Positions 12,168 through 26,100 of a stretch of DNA of 64,000 nucleotides are shown here, piece after piece; positions within the stretch are counted from its first letter, which is position 1; the number at the start of each line of letters is the position of its first letter. The translations under genes and the position numbers were made by a program. The notes under the pieces were generated by a model. The model did no database searches, was not told where the DNA came from, and was given only the letters and a program-made list of their open reading frames with translations. The DNA lies in assembly GCA_964016885.1 (NCBI GenBank), contig OZ024742.1, positions 51,150,001 to 51,214,000 on the forward strand. Reading direction: 5' to 3'. The DNA comes from Eledone cirrhosa. Its lineage: Eukaryota.

Positions 12168-14158
12168 TTACCTTACTTCTCGTAGGGGAAGGCCTGTTTT
12201 TCCATCCTTTTCACTGCTTGTGGCCTCCTCAGGAAGGATGTCCTTATAAATCCTCCTGGAGAGTGCTTGTCGGAAGTCTCCGATGTCTTTGGGGAATTCT
12301 TTTTTGTTTTAGTGTCATGTACGTTTTCTGTGTGATGCGAGTGATTTGTATGTGTGTAGGTGGTGTGAATTTTGGGGTTGTTGTGTAGTCTTTTTCTGTG
12401 ATGCTGGTGTTGTGTTGGATGTAGTGTAATAATTGCTTGTTGTTCAAATTTAATGCTATGTAGTGTGTATCGTTTTGGTTGTTTTGTTTTGTTTGCGTTT
12501 GTTGTGGGTTTGTTTCTGTTTCGCATTTTGGTGACTTTTGTGGTGTAGGTGATGGTGGTGTTGGGGTTAATGATGGTGATGGTGTTGGTGTTTGGGTTGA
12601 TGGGGTTGGTGATGCTGGTGTGGATGGTGGCATATCTGTCCTAACTTTTTTGTTTCTTAGTTTATTTGTTTCCCTCTGTATTTTGTTTTTGGAGGGGGAA
12701 GGAAGAGAATTTTTTCTTTTTTGGTTTCTTTTTTTTTTCCGGATATCGTTTCCCACTCCTCGTCGTCACAATCTGTCTCCAGTTGTGATAGGCCGGGGAG
12801 TGGAAAATCCTCCACAGGCGTTAGTTTTGGTTGTGGCGTGGTGGATGGTGTAGGCGCTGGTGCTAGTTCTGAAGCGTTAGGTGGTGGTGGTGTTGGTTTT
12901 GCTGGTGGTGGTGGTGGTGTTGGTTTTGCTACTGTTGCTGGGGTTGTTGCTGTTATAGTTGCTTCTGTTGTTGCTGCTACAGTTGTTGCTGCCATCTCTG
13001 CTACTGGTGGTGTTGATGGTTGTGTCACTGGGGTGGGTAGGAGAGGTGGCCTCAACCTTTTAGCCTGAGGGCAGAAAGCCCTTAGGTGGGTTCCTTCACC
13101 ACAAACGACACACCTAGGTCTTCTGCCCTCGACAATTACCGTGAGGTGGCTGCCGTCAGTGAGGTCTATTACCTCTGGGATCTCCTCAATGCTTTTTTGG
13201 TCCGCTTGGATCATGAGCTCCATCCCAGATCCGGACCAGTTCTCCTGCTTTTCTTTTGCTATTGCTATTATTTTTGTGTTGGCTTCGATGCCGGCGAGGA
13301 CGGCCGCTATTAGCCAGGGAATTTCGATGGCCGGTGGAACGTGGGTCACCCTGATCTTTACGAGTCTCTGGCCACAATAGCTTGGGATGAGTGTGAAGTC
13401 GTCACTTCTTAATGGGGCCATGGAGTGTTCTCTAGCCTCCTCTGGTGTTTTAAAGAACACGTCCACGGTTCCATACTTTTGCCCACGTCTGATGAGGGTT
13501 TGTCTTGCCTACACTTGTCCCAAAGCTTTTTGGATTTGGGACTCGGATGCCCGTTCCACTCGGCGCGATTTTACATTTATTGTTCGATACGACACGGTGC
13601 ATAGGCGCCGATGCTCCATTTTATTAGGTGGGGGGTGAGGCTGACCCTGTACCCATCTTTCTTTACCATTTGTTTGGCATTTTCTAAATCCTCCTGAGTT
13701 ACCGTAAATGCTTCGAACTGTTTTGCTACTCTGGCGAAACTGAGTTTTTATAATGTCATTGTTGTTGTTGCTATCGTTATTTGTGTTAATATTAATTTTA
13801 GTTTCAGTTGTGGTGGTGGCGACGTCAGTCGTCTTTGGTGGGGAAGAGTCCATTTTGCTTGATTTCATTTCGACATCACGAGTTAATTTATTTTTTCTTC
13901 TTTTGTTTCTGTTGTCGCGGTGGTGGTGGGCGTGGTGGTTGTCGCGGTGGTGGTGGTGGTGGTGGAGGCGGTAACACCTGCAGTCATTGGGAATGGCGGG
14001 AAATGAATGTCTGCCTGAGACTAATTTAAAATATTGCTACTGCTTATATTTTTTGTAGTGTTGGCAAACGTAGTAACATTTACAATGGTGGTGTCGGTGT
14101 AAGGTGTTAATTTGTGAGGAAGGCTTTCAGCTGCTTGGTGCAGAGGTGAATTAGCCAT
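12168..14158 (-). pseudogene. B1 ORF1 (gag-like, one CCHC knuckle), disrupted
   Basis: CVVCGEGTHLRAFC knuckle. The core aligns with B2 ORF1. Internal stop at 13509-13511 plus frameshifts. Start inferred from AAAAATGGCT context. Confidence 0.8.
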
Positions 14159-14347
14159 TTTTTTTCAAATAAATTTGTTGTTAAGAATAAAATTTTAAAT
14201 TTTGGGCACAAAGCCCCAATCTGTTTGGAAAATTTTTATGACAAGCATTTATAACAATCATTTATGGAAAATGTTTATAACAAACCTTTGCGGAGCTCAC
14301 GATGATACGATTTACTACGTAGGTCGCAAATAATAATAATAATAATA

Positions 14348-15995
14348 GCAAGGGCTATTATCCACTGTGGAGCAGTTCAGTGATGACATTAAAATGGAGT
14401 TTGGACTAGATAAATGCGCCAAAGCAACGTTCACCAGAGGAAAGCTGCTGAAGAGTTAGGACATTAATCTTGATCGGGGGAACGTGATAAGAGAACTTGA
14501 TCAAGAAAAAACTTACAAATATCTAGGTGTTTGTGAAGGAGACGGATTTAAGCACTCGACAATGAGGGAAAGGATAAGGAAGGAATGTTACCGCAGAGTA
14601 AGAGCAATCTTAAGAACGGAATTGAATGCAAGGAATAGGATCGATGCCATAAACACGCTTGCCATACCAGTAGTAACCTACAGTTACAATGTCATCAACT
14701 GGTCAAGCACAGAGATCCGTAGGCTCGATACAAAAATTCGAAAATTCTTAACCATGCACAGAATGCATCACCCTAAGTCAGATATAGATAGAATATATCT
14801 CCCTAGGAAAGAAGGAGGACGTGGGTTAGTCCAGTTAGACATTGCGTTGAAAACTGCAACAATTGGATTATCTACATATCTAAGGGAATCACATGATTGG
14901 ATGATCAAACTCGTTTTGAAACACGAAAGCATCAAAAGATCATATTCCATTACAAAAGATGCACAAAGATACAGTAATGGAATACACATTTCAGAAGTCC
15001 CATTTACTGCTGAAATGGAAAACACAGAAAAAGCAAAGCACGTAAAAGTAACTGCAAAGAAAGAACTGCTACAGAAACTGGCTAAGAAATGGCAAGAAAA
15101 GCCTCTGTATGGAAAATACCCAGAACGAGCTAACAATCCTGATGTTGACAACACTTTAACCCATCAATGGTTGGCATCCTGTGGACTGAAATCGGAGACT
15201 GAAGGACTGATTATATCAGCACAAGATCAGTGTCTGCCAACAAAAAATTACCAAGCCAACGTAATAAAAATGGATGCAGCCCATTATGCCGTGTATGCAA
15301 AAAACAACCAGAGACCATTGACCATATAATTTCAATGTGCAGTCTATAGCTCAAACCGAATACCTAAATAGGCATGACAGAGCTGCACAATACATACATT
15401 GGATAATATGTAAGCATTTTGACCTGCGCCATCAAAAGAATTGGTGGGAGCATCAACCACCTGCCATACTTGAAAAATATGACATCTCAATCTTGTGGAA
15501 CTTTAGCATCCAAACAGACCGAAAAATAGATGCAGATAGACCTGATATAATATTGAAGGACTATAAAAAGAGGGTATGCCTGCTAATTGATATGTCCGTT
15601 CCAATAGACAAGAATGTATCTATAAAAACATTTGAAAAATTGTGCAAGTATAAGGACCTGGAGATAGAAATTGGAAAAATGTGGAAATTGAGTACTAAAA
15701 CAAAACCAGTGGTTGTAGGCGCTCTGGGAATGATACCTAAGGGGTCTAATGATTACTTATCGCAAATCCCAGGAAACCCGCATATAGGAGAAATACAAAA
15801 GATAGTACTCATGGGAACTGCCCATATACTAATGAAGATTCTGTCAATATAAGTACATCACAAGTCTAAACACTAAAGATGCATGTGTGAGTCTGTATGT
15901 TCTTTCTTGAACATGGCGGACCTTGTTGTCTCCTGAGGTCACTGGTTGTGACATGGTGATAACTCGTATGAACATCAAGCAAGATAAATGCAACT

Positions 15996-15996
<1 letters not shown>
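14348..15996 (+). mobile_element. 5'-truncated R4/Dong-type element, second family (C1)
   Basis: Motifs MEFGLDKC, YKYLGV, GGRGL, RHD, RPDIIL..IDMSVP..EKLCKY. Frameshifted. (TAA)n on both sides. Same 3' end as C2. Confidence 0.9.

Positions 15997-16063
<67 letters not shown>
15997..16063. repeat. (TAA)n switching to (TTA)n, a self-complementary microsatellite
   Basis: Strand flips at ~16026. Confidence 0.95.
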
Positions 16064-16064
<1 letters not shown>

Positions 16065-16065
16065 A

Positions 16066-19000
16066 GGGAAGAAGACGCACGAGGTGGTAGAAGGTCATGA
16101 AATCGCTCCCGTAAGTTTTGAATTTTTAACATATTTAAGTCATTTGTGAAATAACAACTCTTAGTGCAATTGCTACGTAAAGCATCCGGCTTGAGCCCCA
16201 AAAAAATTCGGACCCAAAATATATTGTTATAAGGCTCAAATATTCAAATATTCAACTTTGTATTATACATTGTATATTCAAAAAAGAAAATGGCTATAAA
16301 TGGAAGAAGAAATCCCCCTTCCTCTGTCTACACTATATAGAACAGCCAAATAACACCAATCTCACCAACACCAGAAACTAGATACACCACCTACCCCATC
16401 ACCTCTCTGTGTACACTAAACACAACAGCCAGATAACGGCAATTTCACCACCACCACAACCAATCTCAACATAATAAGGATAATAATAAATACTATTATT
16501 ATTGTCCCAAGTTTTAACAACATGTTTAATCCCAACATTAAGGGAATTTAGGTCAACACATATACGCGACTAACCCCATGGATTCACCGAACGGACATCA
16601 GTCCTTCATTGCTACGACCGCTACAACACCATCACTACAGTAATACGACCACATCACCACCACCACTGCCATCATTACTACCACTATCCCATCACCGCCG
16701 CCACTACTCCTTCATTGCTACCACCGCTACAACACGATCACTACAGTAATACGATCACATCACCACCACCACTGCCTCGGTATCGACATCACCACCACCA
16801 CTGTCTCAGTATCGCTACCGCCGCTATTCTCTCCCATTGCTTCCTGCAAGTTGCTGCCACCACGTTATAGAATTCCTACTAAAAAAGAGGAAGGCATCAA
16901 AATATAAAAAGAAAAAACAAACATCAAAACCAAAGCAGCACAGCAACAACAGCAAAAAAAGAGAAAAACAAACAGAGAAAAACATAAACAAAAAAACAAA
17001 AAAAAAACGTAAAGAAAATAAGAATGAAGAGAGAAACAAGCGGACGGACAGAGAATAGAAGGGAAAAACTAAGTCAGACATTCGAACACTACATTACAAT
17101 GAAACTTATGCTTCTTCATTTTGGGGTTTTTTTCTGGCTGTGTGTTTGTTTGTTTATTTGTGTTCGTCTACAGCGTGGTGATAATTCCACACAAGAGCCA
17201 AGTGGAGCCGCGCAACCACCGGAGACGGTGAATCCACAGATGGCTATGTAACCATACATTCGCCAATCCTCGATAAGAGTGTTTAAATATCGAACCTAAA
17301 CAAGTCGAATAACGGTAAAATGGAGACTAGAACGTCATGTGACAGACTCTCACCCAACAGGTGCTCCCTGGCTCAGCAGCAGGAATCTGGCTGTCAACCA
17401 AATACTGCTGGTGTCGGAGGAAGAAGAAGAAGAAGGAAAGGGGCCAGAACCAACTGGACGAAAGAATTGAATAGAACTGTTATACAATGTTACCTGAAAA
17501 GTAACCCCAAGGAGAGGGGCTATAGGAGACGGATGCATAACATCTGGAACGAGATTGGTCTATTTAAATTAGATGAACAAAAATTGGCCGGGCAGGCTCG
17601 GGTAATAAGAACTAATGGGTGGATAAGCGAGCTGGAACTGGAGGAACTGAGCAGAGAGATTAGCTTGGAGATGGAGGGTGGAGTATGCCAGGCAAACGAG
17701 CCAGTGGGAAATGAAGGTGAAGAGGTCGAGAGAACGGAGGAACCACCCGAAGCAGACAATGATCTGAATACTGAGATAAATAATACCTGGAACAGAGATA
17801 CGGCCACTGAGGAGATGAATGCTGACGGGCTAGGACAAGATTCGGTTGACATCCTAAGTTTAGTGGTAGATGAATTGAACAATGATAGTGGGAGACCTAT
17901 GAACCTAAGATTTGTAGACAGGAAAAAGTTAAAAGAAACAACAGCTAAGGTAAACAAAGTCATCCCATACCTTGAGGCGAGGAGCCTTCACCAGTGCAAC
18001 AATATCCTCAAAGCAACAGCAAATACGGTGAGGAAACTACTTGGTATAAAAGCGAGAGGAAACAACAGACAAGAAAGAGCAGAGCCTTGGTGGAAGAAAC
18101 GACTGAGTGGTCAAATCAGGGAAATGAGAAATGACATTGGAAAGCTTGAGTCACTACTGAATGGGACACTAAAAAACATAGGCACTAAAAATAGACTGGA
18201 AATAAAGTACAAAACTAGGAGGAAAAAGCTAAATATTATCATAGAGGAACTGAAGCAACGCATTGTAGCAAAGAGTACAGAAATCAGGCGATACGAGAAC
18301 AGAGTCAGTCAGTATAAACAGAACCGCATGTTCGACAACAACCAGAAGATGCTGTTTGGACAGCTTGAGGGGGAAAGAACGAGGCAACGACTTGATCCCT
18401 GAGGCGGAACAAACTAAAACATTCTGGAGAGGAATTTGGGAGCAGGATGTTAGACATAATGACCAGGGAGGGTGGATTGAGACAGTACAGAGGGAGATCG
18501 GTGAGCAGGCACACCAACGAACTGATTTGAGTATCACATTTGAAACTCTTAAGGGGCAGGCCAAAGAACTAACCAACTGGAAATCACCAGGCCCAGATGG
18601 TGTGCAGGGGTATTGGATTAAACATTTAACATCCTTCCACCCGAAACTGACAGCCATGTTCAATGACTGCTTGATGTCAGGTGAGGTGCCAGAGTGGTTG
18701 ACAAAAGTTACCACAGTTCTGATAATGAAAGACCGAATCAAGGGTAATGATGTTACACAAACAACTTGTTACCGGACGAACAGAAAGGATTCCGAAAGAA
18801 GTCACGTGGTACAATGGACCAGTTACTTATTGATACGATGGTAATGGGGAATTGCAGGAGGAGACACACTGATCTTGCCATGGGATGGATAGACTACAGA
18901 AAGGCATTTGACATGGTGCCTCATTCTTGGATCACCAAAAGCCTGGAGATCTTCGAGGTGGCAGATAACATCAGACAGTTGCTGGGCAGGAGTATGTGGT

Positions 19001-20705
19001 CCGGGGAGACAGAGTTGACATCAACTGGAGTATCCTTGGGAAGCGTGAAGATCAAGAGAGGTATCTTCCAGGGAGATAGTCTGTCCTCTCTGTTGTTTGT
19101 CCTTGCCCTGATGCCCTTGACCATTATGCTGCGAAAAGTGAGAGCAGGATACAAGTTGGGAAAGGGAGAGCTTACCATCAATCACCTCCTCTTCATGGAC
19201 GATCTTAAGCTCTTCGGGAAGAGTGAGAAGGAGTTGGATGTGCTTGTTGACACTGTCCGTATTTTCAGCAGTGATATATGTATGCAGTTTGGTATTAGTA
19301 AGTGTGGAGTCATTGTGATGAGGAGGGGTAGGTTGAGCAGCAGTAACGGAATCCAGATACCACCAGGTGAGATGATAAAGGAAATTGACTCTGAGGAAGG
19401 ATACAAGTATTTGGGCGTTCTGGAGGCTGATGGCATAAAGAACAAAAAAATGAAGGAATTGTTAAGAACTGAATACATTCGGAGAATAAGGAGCGTATTG
19501 AAGTCACATCTGAACAGCAGAAATGCCATAAGCGCAGTAAATTCCCGAGCTGTGTCTATTATTAGGTACAGTGCGGGAATTCTGAGATGGAATGTTGCTG
19601 AACAAAAAGAAATGGATAGGAAGACTAGGAAGCTATTGACTATCTACAACATGTTCCACAAGAGGAGTGATGTCGATAGACTCTACCTAAGGAGATCTGA
19701 GGGTGGAAGAGGTCTTATCAGCATAGAGGACTGTGTTCAGATGGAGAAAAACAACCTATACAAATACGTGACTGATAGTAAGGAGCCAATGCTCAGAACT
19801 GTACTGAAGGACGGGACAATAGGCCAGGGGATGTCCAAGGAGGAGATAACATCATGGAGAAAGAGCAGCCTTCAGGGGAAATCCCTTCATAGTACGTTCT
19901 ATGAGAAAACTGAATTTAGAGATCCACAGACATGGAACTGGTTGAGAAGAGGAGACCTCAAAAAGGCTACAGAAGGAATGTTAATGGCTGCGCAGGAGCA
20001 GGCCCTCAAAACGAAGTGGTTGAAACACCATATTTACCAGGAGGAGGCTAGCCCACTGTGCAGGATCTGTGGAGAGAGAGAGGAGACTGTGGCTAACATT
20101 GTATTCGAGTGTAAACACCTAGCCCAGACCCACTATAAGGGCTGGAGACATGATGTGATGGGCAGGGTGATCCACTGGCACCTGTGCAAAGTAAACAATT
20201 TACCACATTCTGAGAAATGGTATGAGCATAGGCCGGAGGCGGTGATGGAGGACGATCAGGTGAAGGTGCTGTGGGATTTTAGGATACAGACGGACAAGAA
20301 ACTGGAACACAATAGACCTGACCTGGTGGTTGTGGACAAAGAAAAAAGATCGTGTCTGATTGTGGTTGTGGCCTGCCCATTCGACACGAGAGTGCAAGAG
20401 AAGGAGAGGGAGAAAACTAACCGATACCAGGACTTAAAGTGGGAGGTAAAAACGATTTGGAACTGCCATGAAGTCAAAGTGATCCCGATTGTCATAGGCG
20501 CACTGGTGACTATCTCCAAAAGTTTCCAGGGATGGTTAAAGAAAATCGGCCCCTTCACGCTTTTTGGAACGCTTCAAAAGCATGCTTGCTGGGAACAGCA
20601 AGAACCCTCCGATACGTCATGAATATCTGAGGCTGCAGGTAGTGGCTTGATATTCATTCCAACGGACTTTCCAGTTAACCAACATCAATGACTGAGATTC
20701 AAGGA
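16066..20705 (+). mobile_element. Full-length R4/Dong-type element (A2)
   Basis: Colinear with A1, including the leader, which is longer here. (TAA)n tail. Confidence 0.92.
17320..20630 (+). pseudogene. A2 RT+RLE ORF, frameshifted
   Basis: Extra G near 18370, an 85-nt deletion at ~18757 (equivalent to A1 6412-6496), and indels near 20580. Confidence 0.9.
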
Positions 20706-20714
20706 ATAATAACG

Positions 20715-20786
<72 letters not shown>
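20706..20786. repeat. (TAA)n tract between A2 and A3
   Basis: Directly visible. Confidence 0.95.
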
Positions 20787-22880
20787 GGTACAAAAGGTAC
20801 CACAGTTCTGATAATGAAAGACCGAATCAAGGGTAATGATGTTACCAACTATAGACCTATCACATGTCTGCCCGTAATGTGGAAACTGTTGACGAGCATT
20901 GTGTTTGAGGAAATCTACCATCACCTCCACACAAACAACTTGTTGCCGGACGAACAGAAAGGATGCCGAAAGAAGTCACGTGGTACAAAGGACCAGTTGC
21001 TTATTGATAAGATGGTAATGGGGAATTGCAGGAGGAGACACACTGATCTTGCCATGGGATGGATAGACTACAGAAAGGCATTTGACATGGTGCCTCATTC
21101 CTGGATCACCAAAAGCCTGGAGATCTTCAGGGTGGCAGATAACATCAGACAGTTGCTGGGCAGGAGTATGGTGTCCTGGGAGACAGAGTTGACATCAACT
21201 GGAGTATCCTTGGGAAGCGTGAAGATCAAGAGAGGTATCTTCCAGGGAGATAGCCTGTCCCCTCTGTTGTTTGTCCTTGCCCTGATGCCCTTGACCATTA
21301 TGCTGCGAAAAGTGAGAGCAGGATACAAGTTGGGAAGAGGAGAGCTTACCATCAATCACCTCCTCTTCATGGACGATCTTAAGCTCTTCGGGAAAAGTGA
21401 GAAGGAGTTGGATGTGCTTGTTGACACTGTCCGTATTTTCAGCAGTGATATATGTATGCAGTTTGGTATTGGTAAATGTGGAGTCATTGTGATGAAGAGG
21501 GGTAGGTTGAGCAGAAGTAACGGGATCCAGATACCAACAGGTGAGATGATAAATGAAATTGACTCTGAGGAAGGATACAAGTATTTGGGCGTTCTGGAGG
21601 CTGATGGCATAAAGAACAAAAAAATGAAGGAATTGTTAAGAACTGAATACATTCGGAGAGTAAGGAGCGTATTGAAGTCACATCTGAACAGCAGAAATGC
21701 CATAAGCGCAGTAAATTCCCGAGCTGTGTCTATTATTAGGTACAGTGCGGGAATTCTGAGATGGAATGTTGCTGAACAAAAAGAAATGGATAGGAAGACT
21801 AGGAAGCTATTGACTATCTACAACATGTTCCACAAGAGGAGTGATGTCGATAGACTCTACCTAAGGAGATCTGAGGGTGGAAGAGGTCTTATCAGCATAG
21901 AGGACTGTGTTCAGATGGAGAAAAACAACCTATACAAATATGTGACCTATAGTAAGGAGCCAATGCTCAGAGCTGTACTGAAGGAGGGGACAGTAGGCCA
22001 GGGGATATCCAAGGAGGAAATAACATCAAGGAGGAAGAGCAGCCTTAAGGGAAAATCCCTTCATAGTACCTTCTTTGAGAAAACTGAATTTAGAGATCCA
22101 CAGACATGGAACTGGTTGAGAAGAGGAGACCTCAAAAAGGCTACAGAAGGAATGCTAATGGCTGCGCAGGAGCAGGCCCTCAAAACGAAGTGGTTGAAGC
22201 ACCATATCTACAAGGAGGAGGCTAGCCCACTGTGCAGGATCTGTGGAGAGAGAGAGGAGACTGTGGCTCACATTGTGTCCGAGTGTAAACACCTAGCCCA
22301 GACCCACTATAAGGGCTGGAGACACGATGTGATGGGCAGGGTGATCCACTGGCACCTGTGCAAAGTAAACAATCTACCACATTCTGAGAAATGGTATGAG
22401 CATAGGCCAGAGGCGGTGATGGAGAACAGTCAGGTGAAGGTGCTGTGGGATTTTAGGATACAGACGGACAAAAAACTGGAACACAATAGACCTGACCTGG
22501 TGGTTGTGGACAAAGAAAAAAGATCGTGCCTGATTGTGGATGTGGCCTGCCCGTTCGACACGAGAGTGCAAGAGAAGGAGAGGGAGAAAATTGACCGATA
22601 CCAGGACCTAAAGTGGGAGGTGAAAAGGATTTGGAACTGCCATGAAGTCAAAGTGATCCCGATTGACATAGGCGCACTGGGGACTATCTCCAAAGGTTTC
22701 CAGGGATGGTTAAAGAAAATCGGCCCCTTCACGCTTTTTGGAACGCTTCAAAAGGCATGCTTGCTTGGAACAGCAAGAACCCTCCGATACGTCCTGAATA
22801 TCTGAGGCTGCAGGTAGTGGCTTGATATTCAATCCAACGGACTTTCCAGTTAACCAACATCAATGACTGAGATTCAAGGA
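20787..22880 (+). mobile_element. 5'-truncated family-A copy (A3) with an open RT+RLE frame
   Basis: Begins at the equivalent of A1 ~6357. Almost identical to A1, with no stops until 22805. Confidence 0.93.
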
Positions 22881-22891
22881 ATAACAATAAC

Positions 22892-22936
<45 letters not shown>
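22881..22936. repeat. (TAA)n tract at the tail-to-tail A3/B2 junction
   Basis: Directly visible. Confidence 0.95.
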
Positions 22937-22938
<2 letters not shown>

Positions 22939-23199
22939 TTTCTTTATTAACCACAAGGGTTTACATAAAGTAGACATTAAGGACAGTGCAGGACAATGCA
23001 GGACGGTACAAATGGGCATTTCTGCGTGTAAAAAAACAAAAACAGAGGATGTAACAAAAATAACAATGAAAATAACAATGAAAAAATTCCCCAATAGGGG
23101 GGAGACTTCGGAGGGACATTTGTGGAGAAAGCCCAGTAAAAAGCCACAATGACCCTGACCACCAAGGCAAGTGCCCTCTCCCAGTTTTCCACCTTTAGT

Positions 23200-26100
23200 T
23201 TACAGATATATACTCAGAGTCGGCCCATTCACTCGGGCCATTCTTGCTTCTCTCACCCATCTTTCAACAAAATGCTGGGAAGAGAGCACTTCCTTCTCTA
23301 CTCTGATTTTCCTTTTCAAATGAAATTTGAAAAAGTCAATCAGAGCATCACCGAAGAGGTAAGGGCTCGTCTTCAGCCCTTTCAAACGTGTCCACCATAC
23401 TATCTCTTTCGCCATGGCCACCAGACAGATAAAAACTGCCTGCCCTTCCCGGCTAAAGGAGGAGGGCGGGGCAATCCTCACGATAGACTCAGATGATAGC
23501 TGGATCCGTCCTAAACGCGACAGCAGGTGTTCGACATAAACCCACAAGTCAGCAATTTTCGGACACTGGACGAGTGCGTGCAGGACGGTTTCGTCGCCCT
23601 GCGCGCATCTCGGACATGCCCGGCTGACGGCACCTCCATGCCTGTAGAGTTTATCCCGAACTGGCAAGGCTCCTCGGTAGCACTGCCAGGCCAGAGATTT
23701 CTGGAAGTTGTCCATAGGCCCTGGCCCGAAAGTTCTTCCGAAGAGATTGGCTAGTTGATTTTCGTCGACGCCTAGAGTTTCCCCAAGTACGTCGTCGCTC
23801 TTCCCCTCCACTAATCCTCTATAGAACGCCGAGGTGGAGTTTCCACCGATCACATTGCCCGATTGGTCGAGGGCTGTGAGCGCCTGAAGACATTCCAGTC
23901 TCCAGGCGCTCCCTCTCGGTCTTCGCTTGACCCAGGACTGCAGCTCCGTCAAGGAAACGAGCTGGGGAAAAACGCGTCTAGCAAACGGCGACCACACCTG
24001 ATCACCGTCGAGGAAGAGGTGGAGATGTCGTAGCCTGAGCGCGTGCCTGCGCATCATCAGCCACGGCATGCCCAGCCCTCCACGTAGCGGGTGTTGACAA
24101 CAGATGGACCGCCTGACCATCGGAGCACGTCCCTTCCACAAAAATCGAAAGAGCAAACGCTCCAGCGCAGTCAGGCGAGGCTTAGGACAAGGTACGACGG
24201 TTAGGCGGTAGCAGATGACAGACGCGATGTACGCGTTAGCCACCTCCGCTCGACCTTTCAGGGATAGCTTCCTCTCCGCCCATTTCTGGGTGAGAGAAGC
24301 CACCCTGCTCGTCACCTCGTCCCAGTTTTTGTCCGTCTGGAGGTCCGGACCGAACCAGACCCCTAGCAATTTAACCGGTCCGTCCGTCCAGCGCCCGACG
24401 ACGCTGTTGGACGGCATGGACCTGCCTCTCCAGGTGCCGAGCTGCAGGCCCACTGACTTTTCCTGGTTGATCATTGCTCCTGTCACCGCTTCGTATTCTC
24501 TTAGTGTAGTGCCGATCGCCTCGATGTGTTTGGCGTTCGACACCACTACGGTGACATCGTCCGCATATGCTGACACGGATCTTCCGCATCCTAGTTCGCG
24601 CGGGACTCCCCTCAACGTCTCCAGTTTGTGCAGTAATGGCTCGAGAGTCAATACGTACAAGAGGGACGAGAGGGGACATCCTTGGCGGACCGAGCGCATG
24701 ATGTTGAACGGTTCCGACAGGTGACCATTCACTCTCACCACAGAGCAGATGTCGCTGTGCATGGCAGCGATCCAGCCTCTGAAGACGGGCCCAAAGCCAG
24801 CCGCCCTCAGGACTGCCGCTAGGTAACGATGGTCGACCCTATCGAAAGCTTTCGACTGATCTAAATTGATCAAGGACCCACCCGTGCCAGGTTCCCTAGC
24901 TACCCTCTCTACGATGTATCGCATGAGGTGGAGGTTGTCGTGGATGGATCTGTCGGGAATGGCGCATGTCTGCGCCTCTCCCACCAGACCACCAACGACA
25001 AGCGCCAACCTCTTTGCTAGCACCTTGGCCAAAATCTTAAACTCTGTGTTTAGCAGAGTTATGGGCCGGAAATTGTCTATGTTATCCCCCTTGTTCGGAT
25101 CCTTTCTCAGCAGTGCCACCGCTCCTCGGCTCACAGAACTGGGAATTCTCCCGTTCTGTTGCCAGTTGCAGTAGACGTCCGCCAAGAGGCCTCCGAACAA
25201 GTCTGGCATCTGTACGTAAAGTTCATAGGGCAGACCATCCAAACCAGGCGATTTACCCCTTGTGCAGCCAGTCATTGCCTCCCGTACTTCAGCGGCTGTT
25301 ATCGGCTTTTCGCAACACCTCGCCTCAGTGGCCGAGAGCCGCGGCAGCCCGTCGAGGTAGACACTAAAGTCCATCCCTCTACCCGGCCCTCCGCTGCCCC
25401 CGAACAGCTGAGCGAAGTGTCGCTGAAAAGCTTCACACATTTGCCCGGGATCGAGTAGCATGCGCCCGTCGTGGTCCACCAAAGACCGGATCGTGGCTTT
25501 GTTGCCACGACGCGCCTCCGCCACTCGGGCCCATTGAACGGCTTTCGTCCCCTCGTGTCTGAGAGCACGCACCCTAGCTCTGACAACGCAGCCTTCGTGC
25601 TTTGCATTGAAGAATTGGTCAAGGGCCAATTTCGCCGCAAGCACGTCGGACGCAATGCCTTTGCTAAGCGCCTCGTCTAATTTTCTAACTAGTTCTCCCT
25701 CTGCTCTATTTTTCTCTATTGCTAAAGCCTTACTAAACCTAATCGATTCTATTCTAATCGCTCTTTTCAGAGCAAACCACCACTTGTTGTTGACGATGGC
25801 CCCCGTCAACGCCCGCTTAACTAGTTCGCTAATCCGGTCTCTGTAGGCCTTGCGCGCTGGTAAGGACGCGTTTAGCTTCCAGTAGCCGGGTCCTCGTCTA
25901 TGAAGCCTATCTAAGTCAAGCACACAGATCACGAATTTGTGGTCCGTGTAGCTGACTATCTTGAATTGTGGACAGCCTATGCTAGACCTATCTATTTCCC
26001 TACAAAATACTCTATCTAGATATGATCTGGATGACCCTATGCGGTTTGTCCAAGTCCACATTGGCACATTCGGGAAATCCAATCGGTACCTGTCAGACAG

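Larger units (their letters stand above)
8497..14328 (-). mobile_element. Full-length Tx1/L1-type LINE (B1), disrupted
   Basis: ORF1 and ORF2 remnants on the minus strand, AATAAA at the 3' end, (TAA)n on both flanks. Confidence 0.92.

Noticed and set aside
20688-20790. Poly-Ile N-terminus as a real transmembrane or signal segment
   Set aside because: It is the translation of the (TAA)n tract, and in-frame fusion is expected by chance.
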